A stretch of 64,000 nt of DNA from an uncultured Gemmatimonadales bacterium (GTDB taxonomy: Bacteria; Gemmatimonadota; Gemmatimonadetes; Longimicrobiales; Gaopeijiaceae), in contig CAWGKG010000004.1 of NCBI GenBank assembly GCA_963823035.1, positions 32,001 through 96,000 of the forward strand, in the 5' to 3' direction. Below are positions 1 to 8,983 of this stretch, in pieces. The position numbers were made by a program, and so were the translations under genes. The notes under the pieces are model-generated. The model did no database searches. It worked only from the letters and a program-made list of their open reading frames with translations, and was not told the origin of the DNA. Within the stretch, counting starts at the first letter, position 1; every line of letters starts with the position of its first letter.

Positions 1-1377
1 CGCCGGCGTCGCGTCGACACCGACTTGGCCGGCGGAGACCGCACGGACACGGCCGTCCGCGAGGCCTCGAGAAGGCGCGGGTCGTCCGCCCCCGAGAAGG
101 GGGCCGAAGCGCCCTTCGGGTCCGCCACGACGGCAGCCTCCACGGTCGCCGCCACCCCGGCCGCGACGATGGCGTGCCGGCGCAGCCGCGCGCGACCTTG
201 CGGACGCCCGATCGGGCGATGTCGCACCTGGATCCGGAGATGCGGGAGAAGGTGCAGCGGGTGATCGAGCGCATGGCCTCGGAGCACGGCAGCGACGTCG
301 TCCTCCTCGAGGGGATGCGCACCCCGGAGCGGCAGTCCTGGCTCTACGGGCAGGGGCGGACCCGTCCTGGCCCGGTGGTGACCTGGACCACGAACTCGAT
401 GCACAGCAAGGGCCTCGCCGCCGACCTGAAGGTGAAGGATCCCGGTGGCGAGACGCGGCCGTACGAAGTGCTGCAGCAGGTCGCCACCGAAGAGGGGCTG
501 AACGTGCTCGGGATGAAGGACCCCGGCCACGTGGAGCTCCGTGCGGAGGGCTCCGTGCGCGCGCGCGGCGCGGAGGAGCCGGTGTCTCCGACGACCTCGC
601 CGCGCGTCGCGACGGCTCGGGTCGCCACGCCGGCGGCCTGCGGCACGCGCGGCGTCCGCGGCTCAGGTGGCGCGCCCCGCCCAGGTGGCGGCCCGCGTCG
701 CTCCAACCGCCCACGCCGCCACCACCGCCTATGCGCACGCCGCCACGAGCGCGGCCGGCCGGGCCGCGCCCCGTGCGGAAGAGAAGCCCGCGGATCGCGG
801 CCACGAGGAAGCGGCGGCGTCCGCCCAGCAGCCCCGCCCCGCACCGCCTCAGGGCGGTGTGCAGGAGGTCGCCGGGCCGAGCGCGACGGCTCCGGCCCGG
901 CCGCTCGAGCGGATCGAGCGCATGGTCGAGGCGATGGAGGCGCGCGACGCGACCCTCGGGCCCGGAGCGCGCCGCGTCTCGGTGCGCCTCGACGGCACCG
1001 CGGGGCCGGTGCAGCGGGTCCAGGTCCAGATGCTGGACCGGGCGCTCCGCTCCACGGTCACCGTGGACGACGCCCAGCTCGCCGCACGCCTGAAGGACAG
1101 CACCTCGGAGCTCCTGCGGACGCTGGAGCGGGGCGGCTACGAAGCCCGCTCCATCGACGTGAAGAACACGGCGCGGGTCCAGGGCACGCACGAGGTGCTC
1201 GGGGTCGCAGCGCGCTCGGAGAACGTGACCGAGGCCGTACGGACGCTCTTCGCGTCCGACCACGGTGCGGGACGCGACGGACGGGACGGAAAGGGCGGCC
1301 GTGAGGGGAGCGATCCCCACCGGCAGGACGGCCCGGCCCACCACTCGAGAAGGGACAACAGGAGGAAGGACCGATGA
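1..1377 (+). CDS. fliK: Flagellar hook-length control protein FliK with internal M15-family Zn peptidase domain; 5' end outside window; apparent frameshifts near 172 and 640
   Basis: Frame of ORF 174 gives [37 protein letters not shown] (M15 L-Ala-D-Glu peptidase pattern). Frame of ORF 541-1377 gives a FliK-like C-terminal domain ([34 protein letters not shown]). Canonical position directly upstream of flgD. Confidence 0.75.
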
Positions 1378-2054
1378 TGACCGACGCGCTGGTCGGGGCG
1401 ACCGCTTCCGCGGCGACGCAGAGCGCTGCCGCGACGTCACCCGGCGGAGCGATGGGCAAGGACGAGTTCCTCAAGCTCCTCGTGGCCCAGCTCAAGAACC
1501 AGGACCCCATGAACCCGAGTCGGCCGGAGGAGTTCGCGGCCCAGCTCGCGCAGTTCTCGAGCGTCGAGCAACTGCTCAACATCAACCAAAGCATGGCCTC
1601 GCAGGCGGAGGCCAGCCAGGCGATGGCGCAGGCGCTGAACAACAGCTCAGCGGCCAATCTCCTGGGCAAGGACGTGCTCGCCCTCGGCGACGGTGTCCGG
1701 GTGACCGGCACCGGTGACGAGAGCGTCACGGTCGGCGTGGATGGAACCGGAGGCGTCGCGACGTTGACGATCTTCGACGCCGACGGAAACAAGGTCGGAT
1801 CTCGCGAGGTGGGCGCCATCGGGGGCGGTCGCCAGGAGATCGAGCTCGGAGAAGCGGCCGAGGGCCTCGCGCCCGGAGCCTACACCTACGAGCTGACCGT
1901 CAAGGGCGCGACTGGCGAGTCCGTCCAGGTCCGGACCTACCAACGGGCCGTCGTCGACGGCCTGCGTTACGGTCCCCAGGGCACGATCCTGCTGTCGGGG
2001 GGCCTCGAGATCCCGCTTGCGGATGTCGTCGAACTCATCTCGCGAACGGATTGA
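1374..2054 (+). CDS. flgD: Flagellar hook capping protein FlgD
   Basis: [37 protein letters not shown] signature. Confidence 0.95.
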   Translation: MMTDALVGATASAATQSAAATSPGGAMGKDEFLKLLVAQLKNQDPMNPSRPEEFAAQLAQFSSVEQLLNINQSMASQAEASQAMAQALNNSSAANLLGKDVLALGDGVRVTGTGDESVTVGVDGTGGVATLTIFDADGNKVGSREVGAIGGGRQEIELGEAAEGLAPGAYTYELTVKGATGESVQVRTYQRAVVDGLRYGPQGTILLSGGLEIPLADVVELISRTD

Positions 2055-2076
2055 TCTCAACAAGGAGTAGTACACC

Positions 2077-3336
2077 ATGATGCGGTCCCTTTTCGCCGGT
2101 GTGTCCGGCCTCCGGAACCATCAGATCCGGATGGACGTCATCGGCAACAACATCGCGAACGTGAACACGGTCGGGTACAAGTCCAGCCGGGTCACGTTCA
2201 AAGAAGGCTTCGCCCAGCTGCTGCAGGGTGCGAGCCGTCCGCCAGGGGACTCGGGCAACGTCTCCGGTGGTGTGAACCCGGTCCAGGTGGGCCTGGGCAT
2301 GAGCATCGGCTCCATCGACCTGTTGTTCACGCAGGGGAACCTCGAGGCGACGGGTGTGACCACGGACCTGGCCATCCAGGGCGACGCGTTCTTCGTCTGC
2401 TCGGACGGGACGCAGAACTACTACACGCGCTCGGGCAACTTCCAGCTCGACGCGAACGGCAAGCTCGTGGCCTCCACCAACGGCTTCACGGTACAGGGCA
2501 AGCTGGCGGTGGACGGTACCCTCACCGACACGATCCAGGACATCAAGCTGCCCTTCGGGCAGAAGTCGGCGGCGAGGGCCACCGAGAACGTGTCCCTGGC
2601 GGGCAATCTCGACGCGACCGCCGCGACCGGCGACACGCGCGAGACCACGATCACGGTCTACGACGCGATGGGCGCGCCGACCGAGATCACGATCACCTTC
2701 ACCAAGAGCGCCACGCCACGCGAGTGGGACTACTCCGTGGACGCGGCGGGCGTCGACCCGTTGGACTACGTCGGCGGCGCCACCGGCACGCTCACTTTCG
2801 ACACCGAGGGCCGCCTGGCGGACCCGGTCCCGACCACGCCCTTCGAGTTCCCGCCGGCTTCCGGCGCCAACAACGTGTCGATGACGATCGACTTCGGCAC
2901 GGCCGGCTCGGTCGTGGGGATCTCGCAGTTCGCAGCGCCGTCGACGGCGGTGCTGAAGGGGCAGGACGGCTACACCATGGGTGACCTGGAGCGGTTCAGC
3001 ATCGATCAGTCGGGTCTGGTGACCGGCGCCTTCACGAACGGCGTGACGGAGACGCTGGGTCAGATCGTGCTGGCCGACTTCAACAACCCCGCAGGCCTCC
3101 TGCGGGACGGCGACAACATGTACCAGGTGTCGGCCAACTCGGGCTCCCCGGTCCTCGGCTTCGTGGACGAGGGGAGCCAGTCCACCATCACGTCGGGCGC
3201 GCTCGAGATGTCGAACGTCGACCTGGCGCAGGAGTTCACGAGCATGATCACCGCGCAGCGCGGCTTCCAGTCGAACGCGCGCGTGATCACGACCTCCGAC
3301 GAGATGCTCCAGGAGGTCGTCTCGCTGAAGCGGTAA
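2077..3336 (+). CDS. flgE: Flagellar hook protein FlgE
   Basis: MMRSLFAGVSGL..IGNNIANVNTVGYK N-terminus; LEMSNVDLAQEFTSMITAQRGFQSN C-terminus; AAGGAG RBS. Confidence 0.97.
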   Translation: MMRSLFAGVSGLRNHQIRMDVIGNNIANVNTVGYKSSRVTFKEGFAQLLQGASRPPGDSGNVSGGVNPVQVGLGMSIGSIDLLFTQGNLEATGVTTDLAIQGDAFFVCSDGTQNYYTRSGNFQLDANGKLVASTNGFTVQGKLAVDGTLTDTIQDIKLPFGQKSAARATENVSLAGNLDATAATGDTRETTITVYDAMGAPTEITITFTKSATPREWDYSVDAAGVDPLDYVGGATGTLTFDTEGRLADPVPTTPFEFPPASGANNVSMTIDFGTAGSVVGISQFAAPSTAVLKGQDGYTMGDLERFSIDQSGLVTGAFTNGVTETLGQIVLADFNNPAGLLRDGDNMYQVSANSGSPVLGFVDEGSQSTITSGALEMSNVDLAQEFTSMITAQRGFQSNARVITTSDEMLQEVVSLKR

Positions 3337-3461
3337 TCGCCTTACGAGAACGGGCCGCGCCACGGCGCGGTAGCGGGCGGCTCGCCGTACCGCGTAGGCC
3401 CTCGCCCCGGGCCTCCGGGGCGGGGGCCGTCCTGTTGCCCGGCAATTCCGGCCGCCCCGGC

Positions 3462-3478
3462 CCGGAAGGGCTTTCCGG
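3462..3478. promoter_or_regulatory. Candidate upstream activator sequence CCGGAA-N5-TTCCGG for a sigma54 enhancer-binding protein
   Basis: Palindrome 135 bp upstream of a -24/-12 element; near-identical copy at 12782-12797 with 136 bp spacing. Confidence 0.6.
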
Positions 3479-3596
3479 TCGAGGAGGCGGCCACCGTTCG
3501 GGTTGGACTTCCGGAGATCCGGGGAGGGTCGTATAACACGTTGTCAAGACATCACTTACGAGAATAGGGCAAGGTCCCGTTGTCGCGGCTCCCGCG

Positions 3597-3611
3597 TGGT
3601 ACGGCCCATGC
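3597..3611 (+). promoter_or_regulatory. Putative sigma54 (-24/-12) promoter of the fliL operon
   Basis: TGGTACGGCCCATGC: GG-N10-GC, similar to the TGGCACG-N4-TTGC consensus. Confidence 0.65.
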
Positions 3612-3664
3612 CATGAGACACCCCGACGAGGCATAGATGCTCACCGGACCCGTGGAGCCGGCGG

Positions 3665-4184
3665 ATGGAAGAGAAAGAGGCAGATCGAGGGCCAGGCGGA
3701 AGAGACCACGAAGAAGGGTGGTTTCATCCCCCTCGTCGCGGTGCTCGTCCTCAGCCTGGGTGGCGGAGGCGCGATCGGCCTGACGGCCATCGGGCCTCGG
3801 GTCGGCGTGATGCTCGCCGCCCGATCGACCGCGGTCCCGGAGGCGAAGGCCGCACACGGAGGCGGTCACGGCGAGGGGGAGACCGCCCCCCTGCACGTCG
3901 TCGACAACCTGGTGGTCAATCCCGCGGGCTCCGGGGGATCGCGCTTCCTCCTGACCAGCATCGCGCTGGAAACCGTCTCCCCGGCAGCGGCCGAGGGCCT
4001 CAAGGTGCGCGATCTGGAGATCCGGGACGCGTTCCTGATGGTGCTCGGCGCCAAGACGGTCGACCAGCTGTCGGACATCTCCCGTCGGCCCGCCCTCGCC
4101 CGCGAGCTCCTCGCATCGGTACAGGAGCTGGTGGGCGCTGGGATCGTCATCCGCATCCTCATCCCTCAGTTCGTGATCCAGTAG
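3665..4184 (+). CDS. fliL: Flagellar basal body-associated protein FliL (apparent frameshift near 3680)
   Basis: N-terminal TM segment; LVVNPAGSGGSRFL; EIRDAFL; ends ILIPQFVIQ; upstream of fliM. Confidence 0.88.
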
Positions 4185-4186
4185 CC

Positions 4187-5206
4187 GTGTCCTCCGAAAC
4201 CCTGTCGCAGAACGAGATCGACCTCCTGTTCAGCGGAGGTCGTCCCGAGGCTCCGGTCGCTGCCGCGAAGCACGACCCGTCGGAAGAAGTGCAGATCTAC
4301 GACTTCCGCCGCCCCGCGCGCATCTCGAAGGACCGGAACCGCTCGCTGCTCGCCATGTACCGCCTGCTCGCCAAGTCCATCGAGAGCTGGCTGACCGGAC
4401 GGGTACGTGACCATGTGGAGGTCGAGCTCCAGAACGTGGAGCAGCTCACGTTCGGTGAGTTCATGCTCGCCCTCCCGTCGCCGTGCGCGTCGTACATCAT
4501 GAACGTCGGCGACACGGACCATCAGGGCGTGGTCGACTTCGGGCACGAGTTCAACTTCTTCCTGGTCGACCGGCTCATGGGTGGCGCCGGCCCGCAGATG
4601 GTGCCGGAGCGGGGGCTCACGCCCATCGAGCGGATGGTCGTGAGGGTGGTGGCGGACCGCGTGGCCTTCCAGCTGTCCGAGGTGTGGAAGGACCACGTCA
4701 AGATGGACCTCGAGATCACGGGCTTCGAGTCCATCCCCGAGATGCTGCAGGTCGCCAACCGGGAAGACCCGGTGCTGGTGGCGAACATCGGCGTCAGGGT
4801 GGGCGACCTGAACTCGCTCCTCCTCCTCTGCCTCCCCTTCTCGACGCTCGAGAAGTTCTTCACCGGCACGTCGAAGCGCCGGTCCATGACGGCCGAGGGC
4901 ACCGCCGCCGAGCGCGCCTACGACCGCACACAGATCGAGGACACCCTGCGCACCGCCCAGCTCTCGCTGGGCGCCAGGCTCCCGACCTTCGACATGCCGC
5001 TCGGCACGCTCCTGTCGCTCAAGCCGGGGAGCGTGATGAGCACCGGCCTGCCCCATGACAGCGGACTCGACGTCTACGTGGCCGGCCAGCGCCGCTTCGT
5101 GGGCACGCCGGGCCGCGTCGGAAAGAAGCTCGCCGTCCGCGTCATGGACGCGGTGAGCGCCGAGCCCGACGACCTGATCCTCCCCGGGCGCGACCACCAG
5201 TACTGA
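4187..5206 (+). CDS. fliM: Flagellar motor switch protein FliM
   Basis: GTG start; LSQNEIDLL CheY-binding motif; YDFRRPARISKD; C-terminal SpoA domain. Confidence 0.95.
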   Translation: MSSETLSQNEIDLLFSGGRPEAPVAAAKHDPSEEVQIYDFRRPARISKDRNRSLLAMYRLLAKSIESWLTGRVRDHVEVELQNVEQLTFGEFMLALPSPCASYIMNVGDTDHQGVVDFGHEFNFFLVDRLMGGAGPQMVPERGLTPIERMVVRVVADRVAFQLSEVWKDHVKMDLEITGFESIPEMLQVANREDPVLVANIGVRVGDLNSLLLLCLPFSTLEKFFTGTSKRRSMTAEGTAAERAYDRTQIEDTLRTAQLSLGARLPTFDMPLGTLLSLKPGSVMSTGLPHDSGLDVYVAGQRRFVGTPGRVGKKLAVRVMDAVSAEPDDLILPGRDHQY

Positions 5207-5230
5207 ACCCCTTCCATCAGGGAGAGCACC

Positions 5231-5585
5231 ATGCAGGACGACACCATGAACGAGGCTCAGGGCCAGGCGGAGGCCGCCGACGCCCAGTTCGGAGAGCTGA
5301 CCGGGGCCGCGGAGGCCTTCACGCCCGGTGCGCTCTCCATCCTCAACGACCTGAGCCTTCCCGTGGCCATCGAGCTCGGCCGCACGCGCATGTCGGTCCA
5401 GGAGATCCTGGGTCTCGGGCGCGGCTCGGTGATCCAGCTCGAGCGGCTCGCCGGAGAGCCCGTGGACGTTTTCGTGGGCGACCGCCGCTTCGCCGAGGGC
5501 GAGGTGGTGGTGGTCGGTGAGCAGTTCGGCGTGCGGGTCACCCGGATCGTCCACGCCGCGCAAGCAGGAAGGAGAAGCGGCTTGA
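5231..5585 (+). CDS. fliN: Flagellar motor switch protein FliN (true stop probably TGA 5583-5585 after an indel)
   Basis: LPVAIELGRTRMSVQEILGLGRGSVIQLERLAGEPVD..GEVVVVGEQFGVRVTRI; alternative frame ends KQEGEAA* overlapping TTGA. Confidence 0.9.
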
Positions 5586-6784
5586 CGGGTCCGTCCTTTC
5601 TGGCCACGAGCGCCGCGCTGGCGTTCGTCCTCGGCCTTCTTGTCCTGCTGGGCTGGCTCGCCCGCCGCTGGACGCCGCGCGGCGGCGCCAGGGGAGGCGC
5701 CGGTCACGTCGAGGTCATGTCGCGCGTCGCGCTGGCGCCCCGCCAGGGCGTGGCGACGCTGCGCATCGAAGGACGCTCCGTGCTTGTTTCCTACGGGGAG
5801 GGCGGCGTGAGGCTCCTGACGGAGCTCGAGGCCGCTCCCGAAGCCCTGGAGCGAGAGGCGGCCGACGAAGCCCCTCCGCGCTTCGGCCAGGCACTCGCCC
5901 GCGCGGCCGCGCGGCGCGTCCCCGCGCTCAAGGCCCTCACGCTGGGCCTGGCGCTGGCGCTCCTCCCGCTGGCCGCCTCCCCTGCCACCGCCGGCGCGCA
6001 GGCCGTGCCGAGCGCGGTCGCGCAGACTCGCCCCGCCGAGGGCGGTCCCGCGGGCGCCGCCCGCGTCGCCGCCGAACGTCAGCGGAAGGGCGGGGACATC
6101 GCCGGCGCCCTGCCGGACGTCCGCCTCTCCGTCGGTAGCGGCGATGGCAACCGTCTGGAGCTCGACGGCCCGGTGGGCACGGTCCTCTTCATGGGCGTGC
6201 TGACCCTGCTGCCCACCCTGTTGCTGGTCATGACCAGCTTCACGCGGATCCTGATCGTGCTCCACCTGCTGAAGCAGGCGCTGGGCACGCAGACCGCGCC
6301 GCCCGCCCACCTCCTCGCCGCCATGGCGCTGATCCTCACCGGGTTCGTCATGGCGCCGACGCTCGAGCAGGCCAACGCCACCGCGCTCGCGCCGTGGATG
6401 GACGGTGAGATCGAGACCGGCGAGATGCTCCACCGCGCCGCCGTGCCCTTCCGGGCCTTCATGCTGCATTCGACCCGCGAGCAGGACCTGGCGCAGTACG
6501 TGCGGATGAGCGACGCGCCGCCGCCGGAGTCCGCGGACGACATCCCGCTGGTGACGCTCACCGCGGCGTTCGTCACCTCCGAGCTGACCAGCGCCTTCCA
6601 GATGGGCTTCGCAATCTTCCTGCCCTTCCTGGTGATCGACATCGTCGTCGCGTCCGTCCTCATGAGCATGGGGATGTTCATGCTGCCCCCGGTCATGGTG
6701 TCGCTGCCCTTCAAGCTCCTCCTGTTCGTGCTCGTCGACGGGTGGTCGCTCGTGCTCGGCAGCCTCGTCCAGAGCTTCCACTGA
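5582..6784 (+). CDS. fliP: FliO-FliP fusion (export gate protein FliP with N-terminal FliO domain)
   Basis: TM plus VEVMSRVALAPRQGVATLRIEGRSVLVSYG (FliO), in frame with LTLLPTLLLVMTSFTRI..PPVMVSLPFKLLLFVLVDGW (FliP). Confidence 0.85.
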   Translation: MTGPSFLATSAALAFVLGLLVLLGWLARRWTPRGGARGGAGHVEVMSRVALAPRQGVATLRIEGRSVLVSYGEGGVRLLTELEAAPEALEREAADEAPPRFGQALARAAARRVPALKALTLGLALALLPLAASPATAGAQAVPSAVAQTRPAEGGPAGAARVAAERQRKGGDIAGALPDVRLSVGSGDGNRLELDGPVGTVLFMGVLTLLPTLLLVMTSFTRILIVLHLLKQALGTQTAPPAHLLAAMALILTGFVMAPTLEQANATALAPWMDGEIETGEMLHRAAVPFRAFMLHSTREQDLAQYVRMSDAPPPESADDIPLVTLTAAFVTSELTSAFQMGFAIFLPFLVIDIVVASVLMSMGMFMLPPVMVSLPFKLLLFVLVDGWSLVLGSLVQSFH

Positions 6785-7053
6785 TGCCGATCGGACTCGT
6801 TATCGATCTGGCGCGCAACGCGCTCACCCTGGCCCTCATGCTGGCGGGACCGCTTCTCGTGATCGCCCTGGTGGTCGGCCTGGTGATCGGCGTCGTCCAG
6901 GCGGTGACGTCCATCCAGGAGCAGACGCTGGCCTTCGTACCGAAGCTGCTCGCGGTGGGGATCACCTTCCTGATCCTCCTGTCGTGGATGCTGCAGATGA
7001 TGATGCGCTACACGTCGGAGCTCTTCCGCTCCCTTCCGGGCCTGGTGGGCTGA
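6784..7053 (+). CDS. fliQ: Flagellar export protein FliQ
   Basis: VVQAVTSIQEQTLAFVPKL motif; ATG overlaps the fliP stop. Confidence 0.95.
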   Translation: MPIGLVIDLARNALTLALMLAGPLLVIALVVGLVIGVVQAVTSIQEQTLAFVPKLLAVGITFLILLSWMLQMMMRYTSELFRSLPGLVG

Positions 7054-7054
7054 C

Positions 7055-7883
7055 GTGCCCGCTCCGATCGACGTGCAGACGCTGGGCGACTGGACCGTCT
7101 TCGGTCCGCACGGCGCCGCGATCGCGGCGCTCCTCCTGCTCCGCCTCACCGGCCTGATCTGGGTCGCCCCGCTCTTCAGCGGACAGGCGATCCCGAACAC
7201 GATCAAGGCGGCCGTCCTGGTGCTCCTGACCGCTCTGATGTGGCCCGCCGCGGCCGCCGCCTCCGCCGCCGTCGCCCCCCGCGTGGACGCCGCCTCGGTG
7301 GTGACGGAGCTGTGCCTCGGGCTCACCCTCGGCCTGGGGGCGGCGATCTTCGTCGCCGCGGCCGAGTCGGCCGGCGACATGCTCGCCGTTCAGATGGGCC
7401 TTTCCGGCGCGAACGTCGTGGACCCGATGTCGCGGACGCAGCTCCCGGTCCTCGGCCACCTGATGGGGCTGTTCGCGACCATGCTGATCCTGGCAACGGG
7501 CGGGCATCTGGCGATCCTGACGGCGCTTCGCGGGTCACTGGACGTGGTGCCCCTGGGGGGGGCGGTCGACTTCCGTCAGGGCGCCCTCGCGGTCGTCGGG
7601 CTCGGGACCACGCTCCTGAGCCTGGGCCTGCAGTTCGCGGCTCCGGTGGTTGCGGCCATGATGATGAGCAACGCGGCGCTCGGCGTGCTGGCGCGCACGG
7701 TCCCGCAGCTCAACGTCCTGATGGTCGCGTTCCCCGTGCAGATCGGCGTGGGCCTCTTCGTGCTCGCCGCCACGCTCCCGCTCATCGCCACCGCGTTCAG
7801 CTACCTGGCCCGAGCGGTACGGCTCCGTCGTGTCCCAGCTCCTGCAGGCGTTCTCGCCCGCAGCCGCCGGAGGGGGCCTCTGA
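7055..7883 (+). CDS. fliR: Flagellar export protein FliR (apparent indel near 7800)
   Basis: AGDMLAVQMGLS, LARTVPQLNVLMVAFP; third frame gives a natural C-terminus TWPERYGSVVSQLLQAFSPAAAGGGL* overlapping the flhB ATG. Confidence 0.9.
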
Positions 7884-8983
7884 TGGCCGACGATTCCCTC
7901 CAGGACAAGACCGAAGCGCCGACCCCGCGTCGGAGGCAGGACGCCTTCGAGAAGGGCGATGTGCCTCGCAGCCAGGAGGTCGCCACGGCCTTCATCCTGC
8001 TGGCGGGTGCCGGCGTGGTGGCCACCACGGCGGGCACCACGGCCTCGGCGGTATTGGACATCTTCGGCGGCGCCACGAGCAGCCTGACCGCGCTGCCGGT
8101 CGGAGTCGAGGGAACGGTCGGCTGGGTGCGGGACCTGGGATCACGCACGCTCTCGGGGATGCTGCCGATGCTCCTGGTGCTCGCCGGAACCGCGCTGGTG
8201 ATCAGCGCGATCCAGGCACGCGGCGCCCTCTCGACGGACCCCCTCACACCCAAGTGGTCCCGCCTGGATCCGATCAAGAAGATCCCCCAGATCTGGGGGT
8301 GGCGGGCGCTCGCCGAGCTGGCGAAGAGCCTTCTCAAGCTGGGGCTGGTGGGTACGGTGGTGTGGAAGGCCCTCGACAAGGCCTCCTCGGACATCCCGGC
8401 GCTCGCCCAGGAGTCCCCCTACGCCCTCCTGCAGCTCGTTCGCGACTACACCGTCCGCATCCTCCTGTCGGCCGGCCTGGCCTACCTGGTGCTCGCGCTC
8501 GCGGACTATGCCTACCAGATCTGGCAGCACGAGAAGCAGCTCAAGATGAGCAAGGAAGAGATTCGCAAGGAGTTCAAGGACAGCGAGGGTGACGAGGTGG
8601 TGAAGGTGCGCCGCCGGACGATGGCCCGGCAGTTCGCCCGCCGGCGCATGATGCTTTCGGTGCCGGAGGCGGACGTGGTGGTCACCAACCCGACGCACAT
8701 CGCCGTCGCGCTCAAATACGACCCCGACGTCGCGGACGCCCCCATGGTGGTCGCGATGGGCGAGCGCAAGGTCGCGGAGCGCATCAAGGAGATCGCGCGG
8801 GAGAACGGCGTGCCCCTGATCGAGAACAAGCCGCTCGCGCGGGCGCTGCTCGCTACCGCGAGGGTCGGGTCGGCCATTCCGATGGAGCTGTTCGTGGCGG
8901 TGGCCGAGATCCTGGCCTGGGTCTACAAGCAGGCCGGATACGAGCCTGGAGCCGGGAACACCCGGCGCGGAGGTAGGGCATGA
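7883..8983 (+). CDS. flhB: Flagellar export switch protein FlhB
   Basis: DKTEAPTPRR, KMSKEEIRKEFKDSEG, TNPTH autocleavage motif. Confidence 0.95.
   Translation: MADDSLQDKTEAPTPRRRQDAFEKGDVPRSQEVATAFILLAGAGVVATTAGTTASAVLDIFGGATSSLTALPVGVEGTVGWVRDLGSRTLSGMLPMLLVLAGTALVISAIQARGALSTDPLTPKWSRLDPIKKIPQIWGWRALAELAKSLLKLGLVGTVVWKALDKASSDIPALAQESPYALLQLVRDYTVRILLSAGLAYLVLALADYAYQIWQHEKQLKMSKEEIRKEFKDSEGDEVVKVRRRTMARQFARRRMMLSVPEADVVVTNPTHIAVALKYDPDVADAPMVVAMGERKVAERIKEIARENGVPLIENKPLARALLATARVGSAIPMELFVAVAEILAWVYKQAGYEPGAGNTRRGGRA

Noticed and set aside
5231..6784. Triple FliN-FliO-FliP fusion ORF (517 aa)
   Set aside because: An alternative frame ends FliN as KQEGEAA* with a TTGA start/stop overlap and an AGGAG RBS, so the FliN join is probably an indel artefact.
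7055..8983. FliR-FlhB fusion (642 aa)
   Set aside because: The third frame supplies a natural FliR C-terminus ending in a TGATG overlap with flhB; the in-frame linker is Arg-rich junk.
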